A program made the translations under genes and the position numbers. Shown here one piece after another: positions 1 through 10,300 of a stretch of 37,691 nt of DNA (position 1 is its first letter; each line of letters starts with the position of its first letter). Below the pieces are notes generated by a model, which had not been told where the DNA came from, ran no database searches, and worked only from the letters and a program-made list of their open reading frames with translations. The stretch lies in sequence record SRR20825019_968; one strand, given 5' to 3'.

Positions 1-211
1 GACTGAAGTTTTTAGTCGGTTTTATCGCTCTTTGGAGCATCTTAAATCAACAATTGGTAAGTATGGCGATTTAGCAGTTGAGCGGGTAAGGTTTAATTCA
101 GCAATCGGACCTGTTGTTCGATTTAATGTAGCGGAGGCTGTAGAGTTTATTATTTCTCACAATGAAAGACATCTCGTCCAAATAGCGAATACATTGAAAA
201 AAATCAAGTAA
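1..211 (+). CDS. DinB/YfiT-like protein, C-terminal fragment (5' end outside window)
   Basis: The frame starting at nt 2 is open until TAA at 209-211 and reads TEVFSRFYRSLEHLKSTIGKYGDLAVERVRFNSAIGPVVRFNVAEAVEFIISHNERHLVQIANTLKKIK*. The C-terminal HxxRHxxQ helix is typical of the DinB superfamily. It is missing from the supplied ORF track because its start lies outside the window. Confidence 0.7.
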   Translation, partial: TEVFSRFYRSLEHLKSTIGKYGDLAVERVRFNSAIGPVVRFNVAEAVEFIISHNERHLVQIANTLKKIK

Positions 212-429
212 CATTCCAATAGTAAAGGGCTCAACTGAAGCTTTAACAAAGCGTTGGCGACGAGAATGTTGAGATCAACCCGCAGTTTTGATCAAATAAA
301 TCAGTGTTTCTAGTCGTCTTTTACACTTTAGGATTTCTCTCTAAGCAAAAAAAATCAACAAATAAGTGTACGAATTAGTGAGTTACGCCGTCTTGAAGTA
401 GTATCTTGTAGAACTGTTAAAACTATTTT

Positions 430-3400
430 ATGAAACTATTTGGCTCAACTCTGGCTCTCCTTTTGCTTCTATTTCTTCCAACTTGTGGCTTTGCACAAAG
501 AACTACACTGAAATTGAAGTCTGGAAATTATGACCTCAAAACCATTACTGAAAGTAGATCATTCGATCCAACGGAATTAGCACAGAACGCGCAGTATCGA
601 ATAATTCAATTTAATGTGATTCCATCGTTAGAGGAAAAGAGTAGATTGAAAAGTGAAGGAATTGAACTACTTGAATACCTTCCTGATAATTCATTTTTTG
701 CTCGAGTGAATGCTCAAAGTAATTTTGGAGTTTTAGGAACAAATGATCGTGTCGTTCGCATTGAGTCTGTATATAAATTATCAACAAACTTAGCAGAGAA
801 AAATTATCCTCATTGGACACTCTTTGGTTCGGACAAAATAGAGTTGAGTGCTTTCTATTTTGAAGGAATTGATGCAAGTACGCTACTTTCTGAACTAAAA
901 GCATTTAATGCTGAGGTGGTTTCATTTGTCCCAGAAAGAAAAACAGTTCAATTGAGAATTCCACTTGATAGACTAGATCAACTATATACATCGAATTATT
1001 TCCATTATTTCGAAGAGTTAGCCGCTCCTGAGGTTCCTGAGAATGAGCCAGGGAGACTTTTGCATCGCAGTAACTCACTTTGGACAGAGTATCAAGGAGG
1101 AAACCAGTATAATGGTGAAGGCGTAACCGTAATGGTGCAAGACGACGGAATTGTTGGCCCACATATCGATTATACAGGACGAGTTGATCAATCTAATTGT
1201 GGAGGATGCAGTACAAATCCAGGAAATGATCACGGAGATCACGTAGTAGGAATTTTAGGAGGAGCTGGGAATCTAAATCCAGATAACCGCGGAATGGCTC
1301 ACGGAGCAGAAATTCTAATTTTTAGCAGTTCAAATGCCAATTATTATAGCGTTCCAGCTTTAAATGCAAGTTCTGATCTTGTAATCACATCGAAAAGTTA
1401 CGGCGATGGTTGCAATTCTGGTTACAGTTCACTTACGAGAGATCTTGATCAACAAGTAAGACAAATACCAGAGGTAATTCATGTCTTCTCTTGCGGTAAT
1501 TCAGGGACACAAAACTGCGGTTATGGTGCTGGTTCTGGCTGGGGGAATATCACTGGTGGTCACAAAAGCGGAAAAAACGTAATAGCAGTTGGTAACTTAA
1601 CTGGACTCGATAATATTTCTTCAAGTAGTAGTCGTGGACCTGCAACAGATGGTAGAATAAAGCCAGATGTTTGTGCAGTAGGATCAAGTGTCACTTCAAC
1701 GACTCCAGAAAATACTTACGGGGTTAAATCAGGAACATCAATGGCTTGTCCTGGTGTTGCTGGAACGATTACCCAATTATACGAAGCATACAAAGATTTG
1801 AATGGTGGCGTGAATCCGAATTCAGGATTGATAAAAGCAAGCGTACTGAATACGGCTGAAGATCTTGGGAATGACGGTCCTGACTTCACTTATGGATGGG
1901 GAAGAATCAACGCACGAAGAGCCTTAGATTTATTAAGCAATAATCAATATTATACAGGATCGATCACGCAAGGCGCAGCTCAGTCAAATACAATTGCGGT
2001 TCCAATTGGAGTAAAAGAAGTTCGAATCATGACTTACTGGATGGATTATGAAGGTTCTGTAAATGCAACTCCAGCTTTGGTGAATGATATAGACATGGTT
2101 GTTACTGATCCTTTGAGTCAAACATTTGAGCCTTGGGTATTGAATTCAGCGCCGTCGGCAGCGTCATTGAATGCACTTGCTGTTCGTGGCCCAGATCATT
2201 TGAACAATATGGAACAAGTAACGATTGTTGATCCAGTTCCTGGAACTTACACGGTTGATTTGACTGGTTACGGAATTCCACAAGGTCCGCAAGATTACTT
2301 TGTTCTTTATTATTTTGTCTACGACGAAATCGTAGTAACACATCCCAACGGAGCAGAAGGAATTGTTTCAGGTCAACAGACAGCGGTTCACTGGGATGCT
2401 TCTGATGATGTTTCCTCATTTACTGTTGAATATTCGCTCGACAATGGCGCCAATTGGATTACGATTGGTACAGCGGGAGCAACAAGTCGCCAGATGAATT
2501 GGGCACCACCTACTGCAGCACTATCAGGTTTGGCGAAAGTACGGGTTTCAAGAAATGCGGTTTCAGACGAAAGTGATGAGGTTTTCTCATTAATTAGAGT
2601 TCCACAAAACTTAGCGGTTGCATGGGCATGCACTGATTCTCTTAATTTGACATGGAGTTCGGTTTCTGGAGCTACCGCTTATGAAGTAAGTGGTTTAGGA
2701 GCTATGTACATGGATTCGATCGGAACAACTTCTTTGACTAATTTAACAATACCTTTTTCGTCAACGCAAACAGGTTGGTTCAGTGTTCGAGCACTTGGTC
2801 CTGATGATGCCCGAGGAAAACGTGCAATCGCGGTTCAAAAAGTACCGGGTGAATTTGGATGCCTTTGGGGAGCACCAGTTGCGCAATTCGATACTGATTG
2901 TGACAATGCTGGCGAAGGATATTGTATGAATTATATGAATACCTCAATTAATACCTCTGGTGGAACACAATTTATGTGGTATTTCCCCGGTGGTACACCA
3001 GCGACATCTACACTTGAGAACCCACAAGTATGCTACTCCGCTCCAGGTTTTCACGATGTGGCTCTAGTTGTTTCAAATCTTGGTGGAACGGATTCTGTTT
3101 ACCAAACGAATGCTATTTATTTGTCTCCAGCACAAACAATTCCTTACGTGGAAGGATTTGAATCATATTCAAATTTCAATAATTTGGATGCTTGGTCGGT
3201 TTCTAACCCAGGCGGAAACGCTGCATTTCAAATTACCACTTCAGCGGCATTATCTGGAGTTAAAAGTGCAAGACTTGGCAATTTTGGAGAAAATGCAGGC
3301 TTTGAAGACGAGTTAATTTCTGGACCAATCGACTTAAGTTCTTTAGGCGCTGGAGATGAAATGACATTATCTTTCAGATATGCGTACAGAAAAAGAATTT

Positions 3401-3960
3401 CTTCAACTTTTGAAAGATTACAAGTGTACGCGTCGAGAGATTGTGCTGATAGCTGGGTGGTAAGAAAGACAATTCAAGGTGATTTACTGTCGCCAGATGC
3501 CGTAAGTACTTCGTGGGCGCCATCTTCAGAAACAGATTGGACAACGGTGCACATCACAAACATTACAGACACGTATTTTACGAGTGATTTCCGATTCAAA
3601 TTCAACTTTTTGAGTGGTGATGGAAACAATTTTTACTTGGACAATATCAACCTTTATGAAGGCCAGCCATCTGATGACATCGTTGGATTAAATGAAAATG
3701 ATCTTGATCTTCTTGGAATTAATGTTTATCCAAACCCTGCCGATAATGAATTGAATGTACAGTTTGGGCTGGAGATTCCGCAAGCAGTTCGAATGACTAT
3801 AACGGATTTGTCAGGTAAAGAAATTCAAGCTACTCAAATTCAAGGAGCAGCGGGAAATAACATTGCTGTATTGGATGTCAACGAAATGAGTTCAGGTGTT
3901 TACTTCCTTCAAATTGTTGGAAGCGGAACGCAAAATCAAATTCGTTTCGTTAAAAAGTAG
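430..3960 (+). CDS. Secreted S8 subtilisin-like serine protease with PKD and adhesin/MAM-like domains and a T9SS type A sorting domain
   Basis: Signal peptide; catalytic motifs VMVQDDG (Asp), DHGDHV (His), SCGN (oxyanion Asn), SSRGP..DGRIKPD and SGTSMACP (Ser); PKD-like WYFPGGTPATSTLENP..Y..PG.HDVALVVSN; C-terminal VYPNPA..ITDLSGK..SGVYFLQI..RFVKK. Confidence 0.93.
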   Translation: MKLFGSTLALLLLLFLPTCGFAQRTTLKLKSGNYDLKTITESRSFDPTELAQNAQYRIIQFNVIPSLEEKSRLKSEGIELLEYLPDNSFFARVNAQSNFGVLGTNDRVVRIESVYKLSTNLAEKNYPHWTLFGSDKIELSAFYFEGIDASTLLSELKAFNAEVVSFVPERKTVQLRIPLDRLDQLYTSNYFHYFEELAAPEVPENEPGRLLHRSNSLWTEYQGGNQYNGEGVTVMVQDDGIVGPHIDYTGRVDQSNCGGCSTNPGNDHGDHVVGILGGAGNLNPDNRGMAHGAEILIFSSSNANYYSVPALNASSDLVITSKSYGDGCNSGYSSLTRDLDQQVRQIPEVIHVFSCGNSGTQNCGYGAGSGWGNITGGHKSGKNVIAVGNLTGLDNISSSSSRGPATDGRIKPDVCAVGSSVTSTTPENTYGVKSGTSMACPGVAGTITQLYEAYKDLNGGVNPNSGLIKASVLNTAEDLGNDGPDFTYGWGRINARRALDLLSNNQYYTGSITQGAAQSNTIAVPIGVKEVRIMTYWMDYEGSVNATPALVNDIDMVVTDPLSQTFEPWVLNSAPSAASLNALAVRGPDHLNNMEQVTIVDPVPGTYTVDLTGYGIPQGPQDYFVLYYFVYDEIVVTHPNGAEGIVSGQQTAVHWDASDDVSSFTVEYSLDNGANWITIGTAGATSRQMNWAPPTAALSGLAKVRVSRNAVSDESDEVFSLIRVPQNLAVAWACTDSLNLTWSSVSGATAYEVSGLGAMYMDSIGTTSLTNLTIPFSSTQTGWFSVRALGPDDARGKRAIAVQKVPGEFGCLWGAPVAQFDTDCDNAGEGYCMNYMNTSINTSGGTQFMWYFPGGTPATSTLENPQVCYSAPGFHDVALVVSNLGGTDSVYQTNAIYLSPAQTIPYVEGFESYSNFNNLDAWSVSNPGGNAAFQITTSAALSGVKSARLGNFGENAGFEDELISGPIDLSSLGAGDEMTLSFRYAYRKRISSTFERLQVYASRDCADSWVVRKTIQGDLLSPDAVSTSWAPSSETDWTTVHITNITDTYFTSDFRFKFNFLSGDGNNFYLDNINLYEGQPSDDIVGLNENDLDLLGINVYPNPADNELNVQFGLEIPQAVRMTITDLSGKEIQATQIQGAAGNNIAVLDVNEMSSGVYFLQIVGSGTQNQIRFVKK

Positions 3961-4468
3961 AAGCGAAAGTTACCGTTTTGTTGCGCTTTTTCATCCTTAC
4001 AAGCATGTATGGTTGATTGAGCGCTTCGGCTGCGGGATCAGTATTATTGACAGTTACGTAGTAGTTTACGATAAGTCCAGAAAGCTTTTCGGTAACAGAC
4101 TCGATGTAAACGGAAGTATTTAACGATCCTCGAACTTCGTCAAAGTATCCTACGACCATTTCGCGGTCGAAATCTATCGGGTTTTTACTGAATCCTTCTG
4201 TGATATCTTTAGTGCTTGACATTACTTTGAGGAGATCTTGCCATTCATCACTATTGGTGATGACAATTCCGCCAGTTGGAACAACAACTTCTTCATTACA
4301 ATAAAGCGCTCCTTGAGAAATGGTTTCAATATCGTGGGTGATGAATTCGTTGTCCGCTACATCCGTTGTGCTAGTAGGAGGTGTGTTTTCCGTTTTGCGA
4401 GTTCCACAAGAAATGAATGTTGCTCCGATAAGGAAAATAGGAAGAATGTGAATCCGAGAAATTGTCAT
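3950..4468 (-). CDS. Lipoprotein with a PrcB C-terminal-like domain (protease complex subunit PrcB family)
   Basis: Lipobox FISC; pattern VITNSDEWQDLL..PIDFDREMVVGYF..SVYIESVTE..LIVNY..AEALNQPYMLVRMKK resembles PrcB_C. Overlaps the subtilase stop by 11 bp (convergent). Confidence 0.65.
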   Translation of the reverse strand: MTISRIHILPIFLIGATFISCGTRKTENTPPTSTTDVADNEFITHDIETISQGALYCNEEVVVPTGGIVITNSDEWQDLLKVMSSTKDITEGFSKNPIDFDREMVVGYFDEVRGSLNTSVYIESVTEKLSGLIVNYYVTVNNTDPAAEALNQPYMLVRMKKRNKTVTFASTF

Positions 4469-4521
4469 TGTTCAGTTTTTTAAAAGTAAATGTAGTGAAA
4501 TCTTGGAGCGAACAGAGTTGA

Positions 4522-5295
4522 TTACGGCAATAACTGAAAATCAACATGATAATGATCGTCATGCAAGGAGTTAATCAATGGGGTTAAATTCCGTGTGATA
4601 TAAATTCCGCTTTTCCGCAGTTCTTCTCCGTATTTAGATGCGAAGAGTTCATCTTTTAATTCCATTTTGAAAATCACTTTTTCGATAGATACACCGTTCT
4701 TTTTAGCTTCTTTTTGCAAGGTGATTAGATGGAGGGCGATCGCATTAAAGTCTATTGAAATTGATGGATCTTCGCTGTATGTCCCATCGTCATTGAAATC
4801 GAGTAAATAATGCGGTCCACCGAGAAAGTCTAGTTCATAATACGCAGAGTCATTGCGAACCAAGGGTGTCATAAAATCGATGCTTAACCCATTTTGATGC
4901 GTTCTATGTGGCTCCAGTTTTCCTCCGTGTTTATTCGAGCATTCCATGATTCCAAAAATTCTTTCAGGATTTACTTCTGCCAAGGTTCGATAAGACTTAC
5001 GAACTGTTTGGGCAACAGATTGATGCATGAAACATCTACCAGCCAAGTAACTTGTTGAATCAAAGTATCGAAAGTTTTCACCTTCAAAGGGAAGCAATGT
5101 TCCGTTGGAGAGACTTCCATTAGAAACAGATCCTTTGGATTGAGAAGGAATTGAATCTTGTACATTTTCCAAATAAAAGAGATCCACAGGTGTAGATGCA
5201 ACAGTATCGTGTGATAAAATTCGCTCCGTTGGTTCTTTCTGTGCTTGGCAGGAAGTGATAATTAATAGGGAAAAAAGAATATTAATTTGTTTCAT
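4522..5295 (-). CDS. mepA: Penicillin-insensitive murein endopeptidase (MepA-like, LAS metallopeptidase), probable lipoprotein
   Basis: SKGSVSNGSL, GGKLEPHRTHQNGLSIDF (HxxHQNGLxxD) and HDDHYHV (HxH) zinc motifs; lipobox IITSC. Confidence 0.78.
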   Translation of the reverse strand: MKQINILFSLLIITSCQAQKEPTERILSHDTVASTPVDLFYLENVQDSIPSQSKGSVSNGSLSNGTLLPFEGENFRYFDSTSYLAGRCFMHQSVAQTVRKSYRTLAEVNPERIFGIMECSNKHGGKLEPHRTHQNGLSIDFMTPLVRNDSAYYELDFLGGPHYLLDFNDDGTYSEDPSISIDFNAIALHLITLQKEAKKNGVSIEKVIFKMELKDELFASKYGEELRKSGIYITRNLTPLINSLHDDHYHVDFQLLP

Positions 5296-5329
5296 AACCT
5301 AATCTTAGCAAGAATTGTTCCTTCTTGAA

Positions 5330-5779
5330 TTAGAAAGATTTAATAGTCTCTAACGCATTGGAAATATGATCCATAGGATTGAATTGAGCGTTAAATACAT
5401 CAGCGATTTTACCTTCGCGATCAATAATGTAGGTTACTCGTCCTGGAATCAATCCTAGTAGATTACTTGGAACTTTGTACAATTTTCGAGCTTTGTTCCT
5501 TGTGTCTGCGAGCAAATCATATTCCAAACGATGATCTTTTGCGAATTGTGCATGTTTGGTGACAGTATCTGATGAAATTCCAAATATTTTACAACCAAGT
5601 TCACTGAATTCAGCGTGATAATCGCGAAAAGAACATACTTCCTTCGTGCATCCAGGTGTGTTGTCCCTTGGGTAAAAGAAAAGAACGATAGGCTGTTTTT
5701 TCAGATGATCATCGAGATTGACAAGTTCTCCAAACTGGTTTTTAAGTTCAAATGATGGTGCGAAATCTCCTTTTTGCAT
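5330..5779 (-). CDS. bcp: Peroxiredoxin, BCP/PrxQ family
   Basis: FFYPRDNTPGCTKEVC (PxxxTxxC with resolving Cys as CxxxxC), GISSD, GRVTYIID. Start set at ATG 5779 (MQKGDFAP), just past the upstream gene's stop. Confidence 0.9.
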   Translation of the reverse strand: MQKGDFAPSFELKNQFGELVNLDDHLKKQPIVLFFYPRDNTPGCTKEVCSFRDYHAEFSELGCKIFGISSDTVTKHAQFAKDHRLEYDLLADTRNKARKLYKVPSNLLGLIPGRVTYIIDREGKIADVFNAQFNPMDHISNALETIKSF

Positions 5780-5792
5780 AATTATGTATGAA

Positions 5793-6908
5793 TTAATGAA
5801 GGAAAAAGTCATCAAGACCGCGTCCTTCAAAGTAATTATTAGACCATTTTTTGATTTGTTCCACGGAACATTTTAGTATCCCTTCTTCTTGCATTTTTCG
5901 GATGGTGCGTTTTTCTAAAAAGGACAATTTCCCATCGATAATAATTCCAAACACGATAAGTTGAGCTACGGCTTCTTGAATGTCATGAGGCAATTTATCG
6001 ATGCGCTGTAAAAATTTAGAATCGTATTCGCAGCTTTCGGAAAGATCAAACGTTTCAACGAGCGATTGGGCGAGTAAAAAATGATTGTAGTGATAAGCTC
6101 TTTTAGAAGTTGCAATTGTCTGCAAAGTGGGGAAAAGAACATTTTTAAAGTCTTCACGATCCCCAAATTGTTGTTTTAAATCTTGAACTAGGTTTAGAAT
6201 GAGTGGTGGAGCCATTACTCTCACAAGCGCTTCGTTCATGACCTTTCGTGCTCCTAGCATATTCCAAATGGCGTAAATTGGACCTCCGAGCAAGTCAACC
6301 AACATTCTAAAGGCGTATCTTCCTAGAATCCGCGCAACGACAATTTTCCAAAGAAATCCTGTTAAAGTCGCTTTCAGGCGAACAAGTGTTTGAAACAAAA
6401 AGAGGCTCCATTTCGAAAGTCCCGCAAACGGATTAATTCCTAATTTTTTGAGTTCTTTCTGTTTCCGTTCGAGTCCAATATTCACAAGGTCTTCCACGTG
6501 CCTTTCGAACTGTTCCTTTTCCATTTCTGGCGCTCCACAAGCCCTTGATATCGCATCGACAGAATGAATGTTTACTAAAGTTAAGTACCAAATTTCAAAG
6601 AAAACCAGAACCAAACTGTAAATCAGAAACTCTATTTCTAACGGTATTTTTTCATTTAAAAATGGAATCCAAACATCACGCTTGGGAAAAAGTGCTTCTC
6701 CGAACAAGTGATAGGGGAGATAGAGCAGAGCAATTCCCATGAACCCTGCCATTCCTGCCTTAAAATAAGTCGAGAGCCTAATTTTTCTAAGCATGGCTAA
6801 TTCTTCCTCCGAGAGCGTGTATAGAAGGTTGTCACCGCTGTGTTTTGTGGTCGACGTGAGCTTTCTATGGGCGTATCTCTCCCAAAAGGACTTTCTCTTT
6901 TTTGCCAT
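5793..6908 (-). CDS. Hypothetical membrane protein, possibly with a TerB-like C-terminal helical segment
   Basis: Long ORF tightly packed in a co-directional run; 2-4 hydrophobic segments; C-terminal IIDGKLSFLE resembles the TerB DGxxxxxE motif. ATG 6908 is preferred over GTG 6911. Confidence 0.7.
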   Translation of the reverse strand: MAKKRKSFWERYAHRKLTSTTKHSGDNLLYTLSEEELAMLRKIRLSTYFKAGMAGFMGIALLYLPYHLFGEALFPKRDVWIPFLNEKIPLEIEFLIYSLVLVFFEIWYLTLVNIHSVDAISRACGAPEMEKEQFERHVEDLVNIGLERKQKELKKLGINPFAGLSKWSLFLFQTLVRLKATLTGFLWKIVVARILGRYAFRMLVDLLGGPIYAIWNMLGARKVMNEALVRVMAPPLILNLVQDLKQQFGDREDFKNVLFPTLQTIATSKRAYHYNHFLLAQSLVETFDLSESCEYDSKFLQRIDKLPHDIQEAVAQLIVFGIIIDGKLSFLEKRTIRKMQEEGILKCSVEQIKKWSNNYFEGRGLDDFFLH

Positions 6909-6915
6909 CACTCAC

Positions 6916-7320
6916 TCAGTTACCAGAAAAATGTACTTTGTTTTTTTCGGTTTCATGTAGACATACTTCTATTCCTAAAGTTGGGTCCAATTGTTCGCGT
7001 AGGATGTTCCAAATTACGCTAGCGATATTTTCCGTGGTTGGGATGATTCCTTCAAATTCAGGGCAGTCTAAATTTAGATTTCGATGATCGAAACGTTCGA
7101 TAACAGAAGTTTGAATGATGTTTTTCAATTCTTTAAGATCAATCACAAAACCTGTAATAGGATCAATTTTTCCTTCTATCCAAACTTCCAATGCGTAGTT
7201 GTGTCCATGAAAATTCTCATGACTGCACTTACCGAAAACTTCCATGTTTTTCTCATTACTCCATTCTGGACGATATAGACGATGGGCAGAATTAAACGTT
7301 TCTCTACGACAGACTTTCAT
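6916..7320 (-). CDS. 6-pyruvoyl-tetrahydropterin synthase / QueD family T-fold protein (C-X5-HGH type)
   Basis: FNSAHRL, GKCSHENFHGHNY, TGFVIDL, FDHRNLN, TTENIA and LHETEKN are all PTPS signature motifs. Confidence 0.9.
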   Translation of the reverse strand: MKVCRRETFNSAHRLYRPEWSNEKNMEVFGKCSHENFHGHNYALEVWIEGKIDPITGFVIDLKELKNIIQTSVIERFDHRNLNLDCPEFEGIIPTTENIASVIWNILREQLDPTLGIEVCLHETEKNKVHFSGN

Positions 7321-7333
7321 TTGTTTTTTGTTT

Positions 7334-7341
7334 CAAAGATA
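7334..7341 (-). promoter_or_regulatory. Bacteroidota sigma70 -7 element (TATCTTTG) upstream of the PTPS gene
   Basis: Exact TAnnTTTG match 13 nt before the ATG. Confidence 0.6.
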
Positions 7342-7351
7342 AAAGGAACGA

Positions 7352-10300
7352 TTAAACCGAGCGTCTTTTAAACGCAATGATTGAGACATCATCGGTTTGA
7401 ATCCCGGAACCTTTCCAGTTATCAAATTCTTCTTTTATCATGGTTAACTGATCCTGTAGAGATAGATTTAGATTTGCTTCGAGTAGTTCCAACAGTCTTC
7501 TGAACGAGTATTTCTTATCGTGAATCCCACCAAATTGATCTTGGAAACCGTCCGTAATCATATAGATTATATCATTTGGCTTGAGAATCGCGTATTGCGT
7601 AGAATAATTGGAAAAGAATTCCGATTTTTTGCCACCAATATGTTCATTGTTTCCTTTGTACATGGTGAAGTTACCGTGTGAATTAATCAAGAACCTCGAC
7701 CCAGCACAAGCATAAGAAATTTCCTCATTTTTATCATCCAGAACAACCAACGTGACTTCCATTCCATCAGGAACAAACTCTGTAGTTCCGGGCATTGACA
7801 AGTATTCCGTTAAGCGATTGTCTAGTTCGGTTAGAATCATCCCGGGATCTGTTAACCTTCTTTCGAGAACAATGCTATTCAATAAATTGATGCCAAGTAC
7901 AGTCATAAACGCTCCTGGGACTCCGTGTCCAGTGCAATCGGCAACTGCAATTACGCTATAGCTGCCAATTTTCGCCATCCAGTAAAAATCCCCAGAAACA
8001 ATGTCTTTTGGTTGATAGAAAATAAAATGCTCTTCGAATCCCTCAACAAATTGTTCTGCACTTGGCAATAGGTTGAATTGAATTTTCTTCGCATAATTAA
8101 TACTCGAAGTGATATCATCCTGCTGTGCCTTCATCAATTGAGAAGTCTTTCGATCTTCAGTAATGTCTCTAGCGAGTGAGATAAAGCTATCAACGTATTT
8201 TTTTGACCCAGGAGTAAACACAGTATTTACGTTTTGACCGATCCAAACGATTTCACCATTCTTTTTCTGAATAGGAAGCTCCATATATGAGGACTCACGG
8301 CCTTCTTGAAAATGACGCGAGTAGAACGCTTGGACTTCGTCTCGATGAGATTCAGCAACAAGAAGGACAGAATATGTATTGATCAATTCTGCACGAGAAT
8401 ATCCCATTTTTGAGATGAATGTGTCGTTTAGGAAAATGAATTTACCAGAAACATCCACGGTGAAGATCATGTCTTCAACATTTTGAACTAGTAAATTGTG
8501 AGTGTTTTGAACCTCAACGCGGTCGGAAACGTCCTGTCCAATTATTACGCTCAAGTTATCACTGAATTTTTTAAACTTCCATTCTATCCACCTTACCACT
8601 TTATCCTTTCCAGACATTGGAACGAGATATGTTCTGTTGTCTTCAAATTCTTGTGTCACATCCACATCCTTGTAACTTTCATCATACACGACAAAGTTAT
8701 TGAGAACCGAAATGTTTTTATTGAGCAACTGCTCATGGTTGATTCCAATAAATGATTCGATGTTTTCACTTACATAACTAACCTTTCCGCTTTTTGAATA
8801 AGCAATAACGGGCATGTTTCCTCGGTTGACAATTCCAGAAACGAAAATGAGTTTTTCGAGCGAATTGTTGCGCAAATAGCTGTTGTAGATTAAAAGAATT
8901 ATGCTTGAAAAGATAGCAATAACGAAAAGAGATTCTGGATATACAGGATTTTCGATTATCACTATAAGGACAATTGAGCCGAGTATAACAAAAAACGAAT
9001 AGACCACTGAGAATCTAATTTTACCAAGGATATAAGGCGCAATAGAACCTGTAACAATTAGACCAATAATATTAAACGGATGAAGATTTGAATAATAGAG
9101 TTCCCAGAAAAAGTGGCAAGAAACAATAACAAGTCCCAAAGCTAGAAAGTACTTGTATTGACCTAATAGGTTGTTTTTCTTAGCGTTGAGGGATATAAAA
9201 AATAGCGTCAAAATTAAGAATGAAACCGTTAAAGTTGCGCCTAGATGGACTTCGAGATCTGTACTTAAGTATGGGCCGGTAAGGTTGGAAACAGCGACAA
9301 GTATTGATGCCAGAAGTAACGTTACTGGAGTCGATCTAATATGAACTTCGGTGTCCTTCGTGTTTAAAAGACGATTAGATTCAAATTGCTTTCCGTAAGC
9401 AAGAAGAACAATGTTCAACATAATAATAAGTGCAAGCATGAAAACGATGAACCAATTCGATTGCCAAAATGGTCTCACTATCGAGAATGGATACTCAGCA
9501 GACTCGCTATACTGAATACCATCATAGGATGCAGCGACTTCCAGTGTGTAATTGCCCGTAGAGAGCCCATTAATTCGAATGTTATCTTTCTTTTTTAAAT
9601 AAATCCACTCTTCACTATCTTCTTTGATTCGATATTTGTAGTGGATATTCTTAATTTTCGCATTGTTTACTTTAAAATAGAAATGTGGTCCAGCTCTGCT
9701 TTGATCATCACTTTTAGTATCATCCGAAAGGTTTCGAATAAATGGCTTGAAAGGCGGTTTAAGTTCTTTAATGAGCTTGGTATTAATAGCGAACAGCCCT
9801 TCAATTGTACCCATGAAAATATTATCTCCAGCCTTATACTGTGAGCGCATGTGTGTCTCATAACCTCCAAACCCTTCTTTGCCACTATAATTATCACAGC
9901 GAAGAACATCTCCTCGCTCATTTACGCTAAGAATTGAAAGTCCTTTGTTTGTCCCTAATATTATATTTCCATAATCGTCGGAAACCATTGTATAGAAAAG
10001 ATTAGAAGGGATTTCGGGGATAAAAACGGCTTTGTGCCGACCATCTTTATACATCACGTGAAGCCCTTTTTCCATCGTAAACCAAATGTTTCCATAGGAG
10101 TCCACGCATGAGTTTCCGACATAAGAACCCTGAACATTAGGAGAAATAACTTGGGTTATTTTTTCGGAAGCGCAATCAATGTGAAAAATCCCATCATTTG
10201 ATCCAATGTAAACAAAGCGCCCATTAGCAGAAGCTTGCATAGTGTATACATTTGAAGGGATTCCGGTATTTTTGAAGTACTCTTTTTGAGTGTTAGTCTT

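Noticed and set aside
212..429. Possible ncRNA or riboswitch upstream of the subtilase
   Set aside because: No recognisable conserved motif or strong stem; only a weak -7-like TATCTTGT near 402-409
611..3316. Short ORFs antisense or out of frame within the subtilase gene (611-904, 905-1162, 2102-2419, 2388-2633, 3068-3316)
   Set aside because: Fully nested in a well-supported CDS with no motifs; expected shadow ORFs
5780..5830. 17-aa N-terminal extension of the peroxiredoxin in the ORF track
   Set aside because: It overlaps the upstream gene's 3' end; the BCP fold starts at MQKGDFAP (ATG 5779)
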